NCBI GenBank assembly: GCA_050273025.1 | Contig: CP158635.1 | Span: 25,606,001 to 25,670,000 of the forward strand | Reading direction: 5' to 3' | DNA length: 64,000 nucleotides | Source: Cenococcum geophilum | Lineage: Eukaryota | Shown here: in pieces, positions 24,601-38,230 of the stretch | Layout: each line of letters begins with the position of its first letter | How positions within the stretch are numbered: the stretch's first letter is position 1 | The notes under the pieces: generated by a model | The model's database searches: none | Told to the model about the DNA's origin: nothing | What the model saw: only the letters and a program-made list of their open reading frames with translations | Made by a program: the position numbers and the translations under genes

Positions 24601-27600
24601 GCTATTACGATTAAGAACCGATACCCTGTACCGCTTATACGTAAGACTCTTAAGCGGCTTAGCTAAGCCAAAATCTATACTAAGCTTAATATTATTGCCG
24701 CCTTTAACCGCCTCCGAATATAAGAAGGTGATGAATGGAAAACCGCATTTGTATTATGCTTTAGCTAATTTGAATATACCGTTATGCCCTTTAGCGTATA
24801 TAACGGCCCAGGCAGCTTCTAAAGCTATATTAATAACGCCTTATGGGACTACCTTAACGACTTCTGCTCTGCGTACCTAGATGATATACTTATTTACAGC
24901 GATAACCCTTCTAAGTATACTGAGCACGTTTAAAAGGTCCTACAGCGCCTTAGGGACGTAGGACTTTATATTAATTTAAAGAAGTGTGAATTCTTAGTTA
25001 TAGAAGTAAAATACCTTAGACTAATTGTCACTACTAAGGGTATCCGTATAGACCCCGAGAAGGTATATATAATTACCGAATGGCAAACCCCTAACTGCAT
25101 TAAAGACGTATAAGCTTTTCTTAGTTTCGCCAACTTCTATTAAAAATTTATATATAACTTCTCGGGTGTTATAGCACTATTTATAGTAATGATGCGAACG
25201 AAGGGCCTTTCCGCGAAAGGAAGAAAAATATATCTACGTTTTATCTAGACGCCTAAATGTAAGAAGGCGTTCTAAGACCTTAAAGATGCTTTTACTAAAG
25301 CACCTATCCTAGCTTACTTTATACCAGGACGACAACTCTATCTTAAGACTAACTCCTTAGACCACGTTAATATAGGCGTCCTCTCCCAGATAGGTAATGA
25401 CGGTCTCCTCCACCTAGTCGCATTCTATTTATCTAAGCTTATACTATAAGAATATAACTACGAGATTTATAATAAGGAACTTCTTGCGATTATACGAGCG
25501 TTTAAGGAATTCTAACTAGAACTTTTCTTAGCAGAACCTAACTAGCTAACTAAAGTCCTTACGGATTATTGTAACCTTAAGTACTTTATAACTACGAAAT
25601 AGCTAAACTAACGCCAAGTACGCTAAAACGAGTTCCTTTCTAGTTTTAACTTTAAAATCGTATATAGGCTAGGAGTATAAGGTACTAAGCCTAATAGCCT
25701 AATACGCCGCTTATAAGACCTTCCTTAGTCTAAAGATAACCCCTGTAACTAGTTCTAACAATAAACGATCCTAAAAGTACGGAATTTGGCCCTAGGTATG
25801 CTACCTATAATAGAGCCAACTATACCTTAGCTCCACACCATAGAACTAGAATTACCTCCCGAAATCAATAAGCTTATTACTACGGCATATAACACCTCTG
25901 TTAACCCATTACTATATTAACTTATTACCGCAAAGACCGCTAGCGCCTGTACGCTACCGACTAAACTCTAAAGCTTAGGCTAGATTAATATGGCAGCCTT
26001 AAAAGTAAAAGAGAATAGGCTCTATTATAGAGGCCGTCTATTTGTCCCTAACTTAGAAAATCTATAACGGCAACTAATCTAAATGGCCTACGACCTCCGA
26101 TTAAGCGGCCACCTAGGTAGAGAAGGAACCTATAAGCTTCTTAGCCAATACTACTTCTGGCCTAAAATAATAGACTTAGTTGAATGCTTTATAGGCGCCT
26201 ACTACGGTTATAAGCGCGCTAAGGCCTTTAATATAAAGTACTAAGGACTACTGCACCCTTTACTAGTACCTATACAATAATGGGCAGATATCGCTATAGA
26301 TTTCGTTATTAACCTACCACCCTATAAGCGACATGGCCGTACCTATAAGAACATCCTTATAATAATATACCGACTTATAAAAGAGCGCCACTACGTCCTA
26401 ACTAAAGGCGTAGCCGTTAGCGACGTCACTAACGCCTTCCTTCGCGAAATCTACCGATTACATGGGTTACCTAACTTAATTACGTCCGATTAAGGCATAT
26501 AGTTTAGCTCTAATATATAGAGACGAATCTGCCAACGCCTTAGCATCTCCGTTAAGATGTCTATATCCTTCTACTACGAAACTGCTAGGTAACCGGAAAA
26601 CGCTAATGCTAGTATAAAAGCGTACCTATAATAGGTAGTCGCCTATAGTCAAGATAACTAAGTAGATCACCTCCTACTAGGTGAATTCGCAGCGAATAAC
26701 TACGTCTTAACTACTATAGGACTTACCCCGTTCTTCGCGAACAAGGGATATTACCCCTAATCCAGTATAGAACCACCAGAACCTATTAATAAGAAACTGC
26801 TATATGGAAAACGCCTTAAGATGCTACTTACTAACTAGCATATAGACCGTATAAAAAATCTACTTAACTACTATAAGGGAGAAATGGCCTGGGCTTAAGC
26901 AAAGCAGGCCTACTTCACTAACTGTCATAGAACGCCACTACTAGAGATGCGTGTTAGCGACTAGGTATAGCTAGATATACGCAATATCTCTACGCAGAGG
27001 CCTATAAAGTCACTTAATTATAAGAACCTTGGCCCCTACCTAATTAAACAAGTTATTAATAGGGGAGCCGTATACGAGCTAAAGCTCCTGCCTGCCCTAG
27101 CCACCCGCGGGATATAGCCTATATTTTACCTATAGCTACTACACCTTCACCAGCCTAACCCCTTACCGGGGCAGATATAGCCTAAACCCCTACTAGTACT
27201 AATCTAAGATAAGAACGAAGACGAAAACCATAAGGAGTGGACCGTTAAACGAATTATCGACTCTAAATACTTTAGTAAAGGTAGAGGACGACGGCTTTAC
27301 TACAGAGCTATATACATAGGATTTAATATAGACTAGCTAGAATGGCAACTATAGGAAGACTTTAAAAATGCAAAGGATTTAATTAGCGACTTTTACTACG
27401 CGAACCTACAGAAACTGGGCCTAAGCAGAGATTTTATACCTAATCCTCTATAGGAGCCCTTATAGAGTTAAACCGTTATACATTACCATGTAGGGGCAAA
27501 TTACCGTTAGATTGCCGTCAGATTGCGGTAAAGTGCGATTACGTAACCGGAATATCGTTAAGATGTCCAGGAACTTCGACCGGTAGTTAAAGTTGTTTAA

Positions 27601-27951
27601 TTAGTCGGATTCTTAGATGCTAAGCCTTATTACATAACGTTGTTTTAAGCCTTTAGCAATACCCCCCTTTTCTTCTTTTTTATACCCTAAGTGTCCCTTC
27701 TATATATATATAGTAACCACAGCGTTGCCGGAGCTCCGCCTTTATAGGAGGGGGGGTAGTGTTACGGAACCCCACCGCAGGGGCCTCTATAGGAGAGCCC
27801 CGTGCTCTCGCGTACACCTCACGTACAGCTTATGTTAGCTACGCGTAGGTATATTACCTCCTTACGCCCTCGACCCTTACGATCGATCGCGTAACGTCTT
27901 GTAGACTCCTCAAATACATACGTCTTATAGCCACTGCCCCGTCCCGTGACA
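21607..27951 (+). mobile_element. Full-length RIP-mutated Ty3/Gypsy chromovirus; LTRs 21607-21798 and 27760-27951
   Basis: 192-bp TG...CA LTRs, TSD AGCCG and PPT AGGAGGGGGGG before the 3' LTR. Domains in order: gag, protease, RT (YLDDILIYS ~24874), RNase H, integrase (GHLG, DFV) and chromodomain (EWTV.RIIDS...EWQ) ~27230-27380. Confidence 0.96.
23491..23531 (+). promoter_or_regulatory. Putative -1 ribosomal frameshift signal between gag and pol
   Basis: GGAAAAC slippery-like heptamer just before the gag stop, followed by stem GTCCTAGCC...GGTTGGGAC. Confidence 0.45.
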
Positions 27952-28973
27952 AGCCGTTAATTATCTTAAAATTAATAATATTACCTCTTAATATAACTAC
28001 TTTAGCGCTATAAGCGAAGCCTATAATATAACAAATTTTATCTATATTCTATATATTAGTATTATTAATTGTCGGAATATATAGATAGAGGTTATATAGT
28101 TACGTATCGTTGACGTGTCGTCGTCGTGTCTTTGATTAGTTATCCTTATGGTGACTAATTAACCCCCTTCTTAGGCACCGCGATCCTTATAATCCTCTAC
28201 TTTCTCTACCTATTAGACAAGAATTAATTTAACAGTTAATAGGCCATACAAGTGCACTTAGGTGATACCGATATTAATTAATAGTTAACCTTACCGGTTG
28301 GCTATAGAGCAATAAGGTTTACTGCCGCCCCAGCAGCTTTGTTTAATTAAAAGCAGCACTCTAATACCTAGCAGTAAAACTATACTAGCAGCTCCGGCAG
28401 TACTTAACCCCAGCAGCTTAAAATATACGATAAATACGCAACGCATAAGACATTCTACAGCACGCAAATTAACCCCTAGTACGGCCTCTTCACTGAGTGC
28501 TAGTACCCCTAGCTTTTAATAGTACCCAACATCCAATAGCCCTTGGGCAGTACCCTAGCAGTAGCTACCTTAGCAGTACTACAGTAGCGCTCTAGCCGTA
28601 TACAGCATACCAGCTTTTACAGCACCCAATATTCAACTACCTAACTGCTTTACGTAGTACCCTAGCGTAGCTACGCAACTTAGCAGCAAACCACCCCCTA
28701 GTACGCGTCTCAGCATACAAATTAATATCTAATAGCCTCGTGCAGTACTCCAGCGTTACAGCAACCTAGCAGCGTCAGTAGCACCTAATACCCAATAACC
28801 CAGCAGCGTCAGCAGTAAACCATCCCATACCTACCTACAATCCTGACACCGTCTGCTATCTTCCTTGCAGATCTGCCACGTCGAAAATCACGTTAATAGC
28901 ACGCCTACAACGCCAACGCGCTCCCCATCCTCTGCCCTTTGCCGGCGTCTGCGGCAGCTATAAACCCTTAATA

Positions 28974-29700
28974 ATGGCACTACCTTAACTTCCTAAAGGA
29001 TACAAAAGCGGGAGCTGTACAACCACTAGGCGGCCTTACTATATCAACATTTACAATAACAAAGCCTAATGGGAGTTTCTAAGTACAACTGCCTATTAAA
29101 AACAGATTTAGGATATATAAGATATGGTTTAACAACAAGAGCAGACTTTTGAAGTAAAATTACGCCGATAGTAAGATATTCTAGACCTACGTCAACGACA
29201 GTACGAAAGAATCCAGAAGGCATATTAAGAACAAAAGGAAGAGATTAAGGAGTTACAAAGCGTAGTTAAGTAATTACAGCAACAACAAGCTTCGTCCGCA
29301 CAAGCTCCGTCCGCACAAGCTCCGTCCGCACAAGCTCCGTCCGCACAAGCTCCGTCCGCACAAGCTCCGTCCGCACAAGCTCCGTCCGCACAAGCTCCAT
29401 CCGCACAAGCTCCGTCCGCGCAAGCTCCGCCAGTTTTACCCTCTTCATCAACCAAAGCCAAAGAGCCACGGCAGCCAAGCTCGTATAAACCCCCGCAACC
29501 TCAAACCTGCGAAAAGTGCTCTACTACATTCCCTTCGGGTTAAGCGCTCTTTAGACATTTGCCAGATTGTTAACTATTTTAATATACTAAGTGCGGATCT
29601 ATATTCCCCTTAAATACTACTCTCCATAAGCATATACGGGGATATCGTCGTCTAAAAGATGTAAACGGGAATTCGGGTGTTAAGCTTTGTTAAGATAGAG
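28974..29700 (+). pseudogene. RIP-mutated ORF: WW domain + coiled coil + (QAPSA)n + two zinc fingers
   Basis: MALP*LPKGYKSGSCTTTRRPYYINIYNNKA*WEFL, a Q/E/K-rich helix, then CEKCSTTFPSG*ALFRHLPDC and YTKCGSIFPLNTTLHKHIRG. The stops are TAA/TAG, as expected from CAA/CAG under RIP. Confidence 0.7.
29286..29430. repeat. 15-bp tandem repeat CAAGCTCCGTCCGCA (QAPSA), about 9 copies
   Basis: Directly visible. Confidence 0.95.
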
Positions 29701-29814
29701 GTCTACCGACTAAACGATTGTGTTATTACGCCTACAATCCACCTGACGCTAGTACCGTACTGCCACATACCATTAACAAACTGATAGCGCCGCTATGCCT
29801 GCTATTACGATACT

Positions 29815-29995
29815 GATCGCGCCGATACGCCTGCGATCTACTAACCAAATAATCGTGCCTATACGCCTGCGATCTACCGACCGAATGATCGTGCCAATAC
29901 GCCTGCGATCTACCGACCGAATGATCGTGCCGATACGCCTGCGATCTACCGACCGAATAATCGTGCCTATACATCTGCGATCTACCGACCGACTG
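29815..29995. repeat. 33-bp tandem repeat (ATCGTGCCGATACGCCTGCGATCTACCGACCGA), about 5 copies
   Basis: Directly visible. Confidence 0.95.
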
Positions 29996-30669
29996 ATAGA
30001 CAAGCTCTATGCTTGACCACTATCACTACCGCCGCTGATACCGTACTACCACCCGAACAGACCTTTACTGCTTCCACCTCCAGCTAAACCGATACCTTAC
30101 TACCTTGCTGCCTTACTGCCTTCCTATAGCACCACAAGCATAAAGAAAGAACTGCCAGTGTCGGAATATATGGACAGAGGTTATGTAGTTACGTGTCGTC
30201 GACGTGTCGTCGTGGTGTCTTTAATTAGTCATCCTTATGGTGACTAATTAACCCCCTTCTTAGGCACCGCGTTACCTCAGAAGCTCAGACTAAGAAATTG
30301 ATTGCGGATATAGGAATATCCGCACCGTCCGCTAAGCTGATTTAGGACGGTAATCGTTTTCTTAGTCTGAGGGCCTTTGGATTAACTTTAACGAAATTAA
30401 TCTACCCTCCTACAATACCTGTTAATATAAAAATTACACCATATTATAAAGAAAAGCCTACTCTATAAAGCTATAAGATCTTTAGCTCCTTATACGCGCG
30501 CGACGTTAAGAGGAATTTGTTACCGTAAAGGCCCTAATTCTACCTCTGCACCGCCGAGCCGCGCAGTAAACACTAACGCTAAACGCTTACGCCCACGCCG
30601 CTAGCCCTCTCTATAGCCAGCGGATATTCCAGCGGATATTTTAGCGGATATTCCAGTGGATATTCTATC

Positions 30670-33200
30670 TGCTAGTCGGATAAAGACATTAAAGGAAGAG
30701 AAGGTTAATATTATTAAGGACCTTCTACGTTAATAGGGCTGGTCTTTTTATAGGCTGGTCTCTAAGTACTTAGAAAGCGAAAACGGGTATAGAGGCAATA
30801 GGAAGAAGAAGAAAGTAGGGGACCTACTTATTCCTTTACTAGAGGATAAGGAAATATAAGAAGAACTTATTAATAGGGCTGATATTTATATAACACTAAT
30901 AACCTATACTATCCGCTGTATCCGGAAAAAGCTTCGCTAACTATAATTATAACGCGGCCCCTTTAACACATGGACTCCAGATATAGAGTTTTAGGATATT
31001 AACCTTAAGAATGCGGCTAAGTTTGTTTAGTAGTACGGTCCGCTACTATTCTGGCTTATTAAGGGGATATCCGCACTAAATAGAGAGGAACGCAGTTAAG
31101 ATCCATATAGCGGACGTATAGTTATAGTTGCCTCTATATTCCTCCTAGGGTTTACTTAAAACTTTACAAATAGTTTCGCCCATCTACTTAGTTTATATCT
31201 TTAGGCGCTTAGTATAAAGCGCCATATGCTATCTTTTCTATATGGTCTTAGTCTAATTAATAGTTATATAACTCTTAACGCTAAAAAGCTTGGGCTAGCT
31301 AAATGTTCTAAGGAAGGTCTTATTAATTCTACTGGTACTTCTAGCGCTAATAACCTTTAAGAAACTAATTAAGTCTTTATCTATAATAACTTTAACTATT
31401 ACTAAAAGACTTAATATTAGGTTATTGGCGAGATTAGCGAGTTTAATTTATATACTATAGGAAAGATCTTACGCGGAGTATACATGCCTAAAGGGGGCCT
31501 TAAGCAGTTAATATTAAATAACACCTGTTAACTTAAGCTAGATAAGGTTATTAATGCAGCTAGGAATAAGTTTAATAACCTCTAAAAGCGGATATCTATA
31601 AGTTTTATTATAGACACTATCCGATACGCGTATCCTACTGCGGTTAATAGTATATTTAACTCTAACGTAGATATTAAATATCCGCGTATACTAGTAGTTA
31701 ATATTCTCCCTTATAAAAGGATAGAGTATATAACTCTAGGACCTATTCTAGATAGCAAGGCTTTTATTAACGGCAATTATCGTGTAATAGAGAATATCTT
31801 CCTAGACTAACTACAGTATAATCGCGAAACCACTTTTAATAACCGGCTATTCCTAGTATACGGAGATTAGAAGACCGTAAAGCTTATTTAATTATATAAA
31901 GAGGAGCAGGTTAAGGCGGAAGGTGCGTATAATAGCTATAAGTAGGTGTTGCCTATTCTAGGGCTATAGTATATACGATTAAACTTCCTATATATAGTTA
32001 TGCGTACGTTCTATAGGGGTAAGCAAGCCACGTAGCAGTTTTTAGCGCTCTACACCTATATAAATTACCTAGGTTGGCGCAATATTCCTAGGGAAAAGGC
32101 TTTATTTTATTATATAGAAGAGCTAATCCTCTAAAGCTTTAACGCTTATATTGTTGCGTTATTTCTACTCTATATCCACAACAAGTGTAATATTAAGGCA
32201 GATAGTAAGGCCGAGCAATATATATAAAACCTATCTCCGCAGCAATTTCTAGAGCATATTAAGGATATCCGTATAGCGGCTTTTTTAAGAGATATATGCC
32301 GCAATGCAAATTAGCGCACGTCTAATTATTTAGAGCCACCTACTAACGCACGTTAGCTAGCAGCGACGTTATCCTCTACGGGTATATTAAGCTCCGCCGC
32401 TAATAACCATAATATAGAGTTATTTAATTATATCTGGTTCCTATAGGTTATTAATACTTATAAGCTTCTAAAATACGCTATTAAGCATATAGATATCGGA
32501 CTACTAAAGTATATAATCCCCTGCCTTTGCTTATACTTTGCTAGAAGCTTATTAAAGAACTATGCATATAATATGCTAATCCTATAGTAACTAGTTAGAA
32601 TAAGCGCTTGCGATTTAGTGCTTTAACGGGCTATCCTTACTAATAGTTTAGTTAACCTCTAAGGGCGGCTAGATAGCTTTTTTGAGACAGATCGCCTTAA
32701 TAAACTGCTAAATTTTTAACTTAAGGAGTTACTCTAGACGCGCGGGAATTTAACGTTTGGTATAGACGAGCTGTTTAAATAGAGTGTTCTTATAATAAGT
32801 TATACTAGTATACTCCGCGATATTTTTAAGCGTATATTTAGTAAACGTATAAATAGTAAATATATAACTAAGTCTCTAGTGCTGGATATCCGCTATCTTG
32901 CAGATTAGATTAGGAAGGATTTAATCGTGCAATATAGGCGGCGCTTAGCAGATTTTAAGGCTCCTTTAATTCTACAGCGCGGATATAAGAAACTCGCGAA
33001 GGACGGCGTAAATACATTTAACGCCTTCCTATTAACTACAGCCGGTTTGCCATTTAATCCCCTTACGTATAGCTTTGGTGATGTTAATAAGAATATAGAG
33101 GTACTAGGAGAAGCTACTAAATATATTTATATAGTTTATTGTCCTAATATTATACCTATACCTCTGCTAATGTGTATAATAGTTAGTATATAACTTACTT
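30670..33200 (+). pseudogene. Academ/DUF6589-type transposase (RIP-inactivated; borders approximate)
   Basis: YNNFNY (=YDNFNY) ~31382, LVYGD*KTV (=GDQKT) ~31855, PILGL*YIRLN (=PIPGLWH.R.N) ~31955 and FFETDRLN ~32680. Confidence 0.75.
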
Positions 33201-33574
33201 AATAAATGCTAAGAGTAATAGTAATTTATTATTTTAATTGCGGATATACTTTTATTATGCGTTAGTGTGTATAGGACGTTAGGTTTAAAGCACCTACTAT
33301 TTTTTAACTTAGATTAGAGCGGCTCTTATAGGGTAGCATTACTGATTTTAATATACGGATGTTTTATATTAGCGGTTTACTATACAACCCTTATAAGGAC
33401 GGATTTAATAAGGCTACAGATAATATGCTAGAGGACTTTTAAATACTTAGGCTTATAGTACGTTTCTGTCTTAATATATTAATTAAGTTCTTTTTATTAA
33501 TATTAACTCTAGCTAGTATATAATCTTCTTAATATATAGTATATAACGTAGCAGTAAGCTGTTTTATAGTGCAG

Positions 33575-36500
33575 ATATATAAATATCTTTATCTTAGCTT
33601 ATGCGGATATTATTATCTTAGCTTATATAGATATTATAATATTAATTAAGTATATCTATTAAATGTAAGGCAGAGACTTAATTCCTATAAATGTAGTAGT
33701 AAAAAGGTATAAGCTATTATTTTATTATTATAAACTGGTAATAACGGCTAACCCGCAGTAACAGCTAACTTTTATATCTACCTATATTTGATATCTAGTA
33801 GCCTAGTATTGCGTATAAGTGTAATAATACTATACCTTAGGAACGCAAGCTTATCCTTTATCTTACTTAGAGAATCTTTAAACTTATTAAATTGGCGATC
33901 TATAGCTTGAATATCTTTCGCTATATTAGTTACCCGTTTATAAATTATATTAACGCGCGCAGAAATAGCAATTGTTAAATACACCCTAATAGACCTGGCG
34001 CTAGCGGAAGTGGTAGCAGTAATAGCAGCACCTAGCGTGCTAGTAATTGCTAAAAGAGTTAGAGGAGCGGCAGTAGAGCGGGTACCCCTACGGCTGTATA
34101 TACTACTACAAGTAGAAGTCTTAATAGGAGGGGAGGTCTTAATAAGGGGAGGCGTGGTGGCGTAGGCGGGGATAGTGCGAGAACGAAGCTATGCGGATAT
34201 CAGCAATATCCGTATTATTAAGATGCGGATAACATACCTTCTTAGTAGGTATTCCAGCCAGACTACTAGCAGAAGCTAATTGCGCACGTTTTCTGCCCTA
34301 AGGTGTGACCGGCTCCGGATTTAGTAAACTTTTTTATACGCGTGTTAGCTAACAGAATAATAGTATACTATTAGCACGTACCTTTCCATACGGCCTACTA
34401 CCTATATAACATCTTAAGCACGCGCCCCTAAAATATAGCCTAGAGTCCTTCTTGTAAACGTGACATTTGTAGCTATACTTCTTATATAGAGTATATAGCG
34501 GATTACGCAGCTTACTAAAGCTACCCTTAATATTCTAGATATATATTAATATCCGCTAGCGACTTTCCTTTATATTATCCTAAATACTAGCCTTTAGAGT
34601 ATACCATTTATTTACTAACGGTACTTAGATAGGAAGGCGCTTATTTATATTAGGAGTACTATAGAGGTTATAAGGGCTACTAAGATTTTAAAGGCTGTGG
34701 AGATTATAAGGGCTACGGAGATTGCGAGAGTTAGCGTCATTAAGGTCTTTATCTTTGTCGCTATCTAAAGATTTGCTATCCGAAGAAACCTTATATATAG
34801 TGTTTGGGTCACTATAAGAGGTAAATTAATAGATAAGATACTAAAATAGTATAACTAACATATACGATTTAATAGCTATCTTAAGCTTTATATTTATATT
34901 AGCAGCCTTTTTAGCCCGCTTTTTAAGAAAAGAAGATAAATAAGCCTTATTAAGCCTCTTTTTAAAAGCATTAGGCGGCGGCGGTAAAGAGGCGGATAGT
35001 AAAGTAGTGGATAGTAAAGTAGCCTATAGTAAAGATATAGGCAGCGGAAAGGTATCCAGTAAAAAGGTGAGCGGGTTTTTAGCGGATTTTGCTCTATCCT
35101 TATTATTATTATCTACTAAATCCTATAAAGAGCGCCTTGGTATATATTTCCTAAAATTATATTAGCTATAGGCACAATTTAGTATTAAAAAGCTTACTCT
35201 TTAGGAATAGAGCCTAAAGGCTTAGTAAGAGCAGCTATAGCGTGCTTAACAGCATCGAACTCCTTATTGTTAACGTCGCGTATATTAAGTTCCTTAACCG
35301 CCTAGTTACTGTTATTTACATTAATATTATTTAGAGGTGTAAATAAAGGTATTATAGATTATAGTATTCTAAGGGATAGTATATAAAATAATAATAATAA
35401 AGTTCGTAGTACGGTACTATAAGGTAAAAAGTTAGTGGAGGAAAAAGAGGTACGGAGGTTAATTAAGGTAAATATCTACGCTGCCAATTTTATTAAATTA
35501 GCTCACTAACAAATAATTGCTGCTATAGTGACTTACCTTAGTAAACATTAATGGTGCGCGGATATAAATATCTTTATCTTAGCTTATGCGGATATCGTTA
35601 TTTTAGCTTATATAGATATTATAATATTAATTAAGGATATCTATTAAATATAAGGTAGAGACTTAATTCCTATATACGTAGCAGTAGAGAGGTAAAAGTT
35701 ACTATTTTATTACTCTAAACCTATAATAATAGCCAACCCGCAGCAATAGCTAACCTATATCTACTTAAGTTCTATATCTAGTGACCTAGCGTTATATATA
35801 AGTGTAGTAATACTACGCCTTATAAACGTAAGCTTATCCTTTATCTTACTTAAAGAACCTTTAAGCTTACTTAACCGGTGGTCTATAGCCCGAACATCTT
35901 TTACTACCTTAGCTACCCGTTTATAAACTATATTAACGCGCGCGGAAACAGCAATTACTAAATATACCCTAACATTTTCCGTGCTAGTAGGAGTAATAGT
36001 ACTAGAAGCAGCACTAGGCGTACTAGGAATTAGTAAAAGAGTAGGAGGAGCAGCAATAGAGCGGGTGCCTTTACGGCTGTGTACATCGCTACAAGTAGGA
36101 GTCTTAGGGGAAGGGGAGGTCTCTAGAGGGGGGATAGTGCGGGTACAAAGCTATGCGGATATCAGCAATATCCGTATTATTAAAATGCGGATATTATACC
36201 TTCTTAGTAGGCGTTCTAGCTGGACTACTAGCAGAAGCTAATTGCGTACGTTTTTTGCGCTAAGGTATAACTAGCTCTAATATTAGTAAACTATCCTATA
36301 TACGTGTTAGCTGATAAAATAGTAGTATACTATTAGCACGTACCTTTTTATACAACCTACCACTTAAGCAATATCTTAAGTATATACCTCTAAAATAAGG
36401 CCTAGAGTTCTGCTTATAAACGCGATATTTATAGTCTTACTTAATATATAGAGCGTATAGCGGATCGCGCAGCATACTAGAGTTACCCTTAATATTCTAG

Positions 36501-37460
36501 ACGTGGGTATATATCCGCTAATAAGCTTCTTTTATATTTTCCTAAGCACCAGCTTTTAGGGTATACTATTTATTTACTAACGGCACTTAAATAGGAAGGC
36601 GCTCGTTTGTGTTAATATCCGACGTTATAGCTTAAGTTGTATAAAGCTTATAAGGGCTGCGGAGATTATAAGAGGATAAAGAAGAGCTTTTGGGAGAGTC
36701 GGCGTTATTAAAATTGCCCCTTTTATCATTATCCAAAATCTCTAACATTTCTATTAGGTTACTATAAGAGGTAAATTAATAGATAAGACACTAAAACAGT
36801 ATAGCTAACACATACGATTTAAAGGCTATCTTATATTTAACATTTTACGCAGCAATTCTATTAGCCTGCCTCTTAAGAGAAGCAGAAGTATAATAATAAT
36901 AAAACTTTTTAAAGGTAGCAGGTGGAGAAATAAGCGGCTTAAAGGTACGCGGTAAAGAGGTAAGCGGTAAAAAGGTAGGTAGTAAAGAGGTAAGCGGATT
37001 TCTAGCGAATTTTATAATAGCATTATTATAGTGCTCTACTATATCTAATAAAGAGTGCTTTAGTATATATTTCCTAAAATTATATTAGCTATAGGCATAA
37101 TTTAGTATTAGAAAGCTTACCCTTTAGGTAAAAACCCTAAAGAATTAGTGAAAGAAAGAGCGTCCTTAAAAGCGTCCTTAATTATTTTATCGTTAACGTC
37201 GCGTATATTAAGTTCCTTAACTAAATAGCTATTAGACGTATTTAGAAGTGTAAATAAAGGCACTATAGATAGTGGTATGCTAATAGACAGTAGATAAAAC
37301 AACAACGGTAAAGTTTACGGTGCGGTGCTATAAGGTAGAAGGTTAGTAGAAGAAGAGGTGCGGAGGTTAATTAAAGGTAAATATCCGCACTGCCGATTTT
37401 ATTAAATTAGCTTACTAACAAATAATCGCCGCTATAACTTACCGTAGTAAATATTAACTA
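33575..37460 (-). pseudogene. Two tandem paralogous accessory genes (units ~33575-35555 and ~35561-37460), each with introns, an inferred Zn(II)2Cys6-like cluster and a C-terminal coiled coil
   Basis: The ~2-kb units align over their whole length with indels. They share GTAAGC/GTATG...TAG introns. The Cys spacing C-x2-C-x6-C-x14-C-x2-C-x6-C appears after reversing TAT/TAC to TGT/TGC. Confidence 0.6.
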
Positions 37461-37719
37461 CCTTATATACGCTTATTTATAATGCGCAAATCCTTTACTA
37501 TTAAGTTGCTACTAATTAAACTAAGTAGGCGCCGTCTAGTTAACTTACGAAGTGACATTAATATAGAATTACTGCTTAGCTAAGGTGCTAAAGAAGGGTT
37601 ATAAGCGGATATTAGGTTTACTTGGTAAGCGAATTTCTTACTTTTAAAGTGCGTAGATACGTCCTTTTGTTTTTTCTTACTGTAAGGTAGACCTAATAGC
37701 TATATTATATCTAAAACCG

Positions 37720-38230
37720 AGGGCGGAGATTAAGTACTAGGCTATAGGTTTTAAGCTGCGCGTAGCTTAGAGAGCGGAGATTAAATATTAGGCTATAAAC
37801 TCTAAGCCGCACCTAATTTAGAAGGTGGGGATCGAGCATTAGTACGCGAATTCTGAACTGCGCCTAGTTTAAAGGGCGGAGATTAAGTATTAGCCTATAA
37901 ACCCTAGGCCTTAGAGTTTCCTAGGAGCGGAGATTTAGTATTATAACTTAAATCCTAAGCCTTAGGATTTTCTAGGAGCGGAGATCTAATACTACGTTAT
38001 AAATTCTGAATTTTTGGATTTCCTACTACCTAGGAACTAGTACTACGCTACAGATCTTAAACCTTAGGATTTTTTATAATTGGAGATTTAGTGCTATATT
38101 ACGAATATTAAACCTTAGGCTTATCTAAAAGTTAAGACTTAGTGTTATACTATAAGCTTTAATACTCAGACTGCCCTAAGGATTTAGATTTAATGCTACG
38201 CTATAGGCTTTAATATCTAGATTGCTCTAA
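37720..38230. repeat. Degenerate tandem array (~50-60 bp unit) in the helicase C-terminal region
   Basis: Recurrent GCGGAGATT(A/T)AGTA...CTATA.A..CTAA motif. Confidence 0.7.

Noticed and set aside
28065..28278. First LTR as an independent solo LTR (TTAAT on both sides)
   Set aside because: The Fot1 host resumes only after 52132, so the whole two-LTR unit is one insertion. The inner TTAAT is probably coincidental in AT-rich DNA.
29225..30016. ORFs (GACAD)n, (ELVRT)n and (IIRSVDRRRIG)n
   Set aside because: Shadow frames of the 15-bp and 33-bp tandem repeats.
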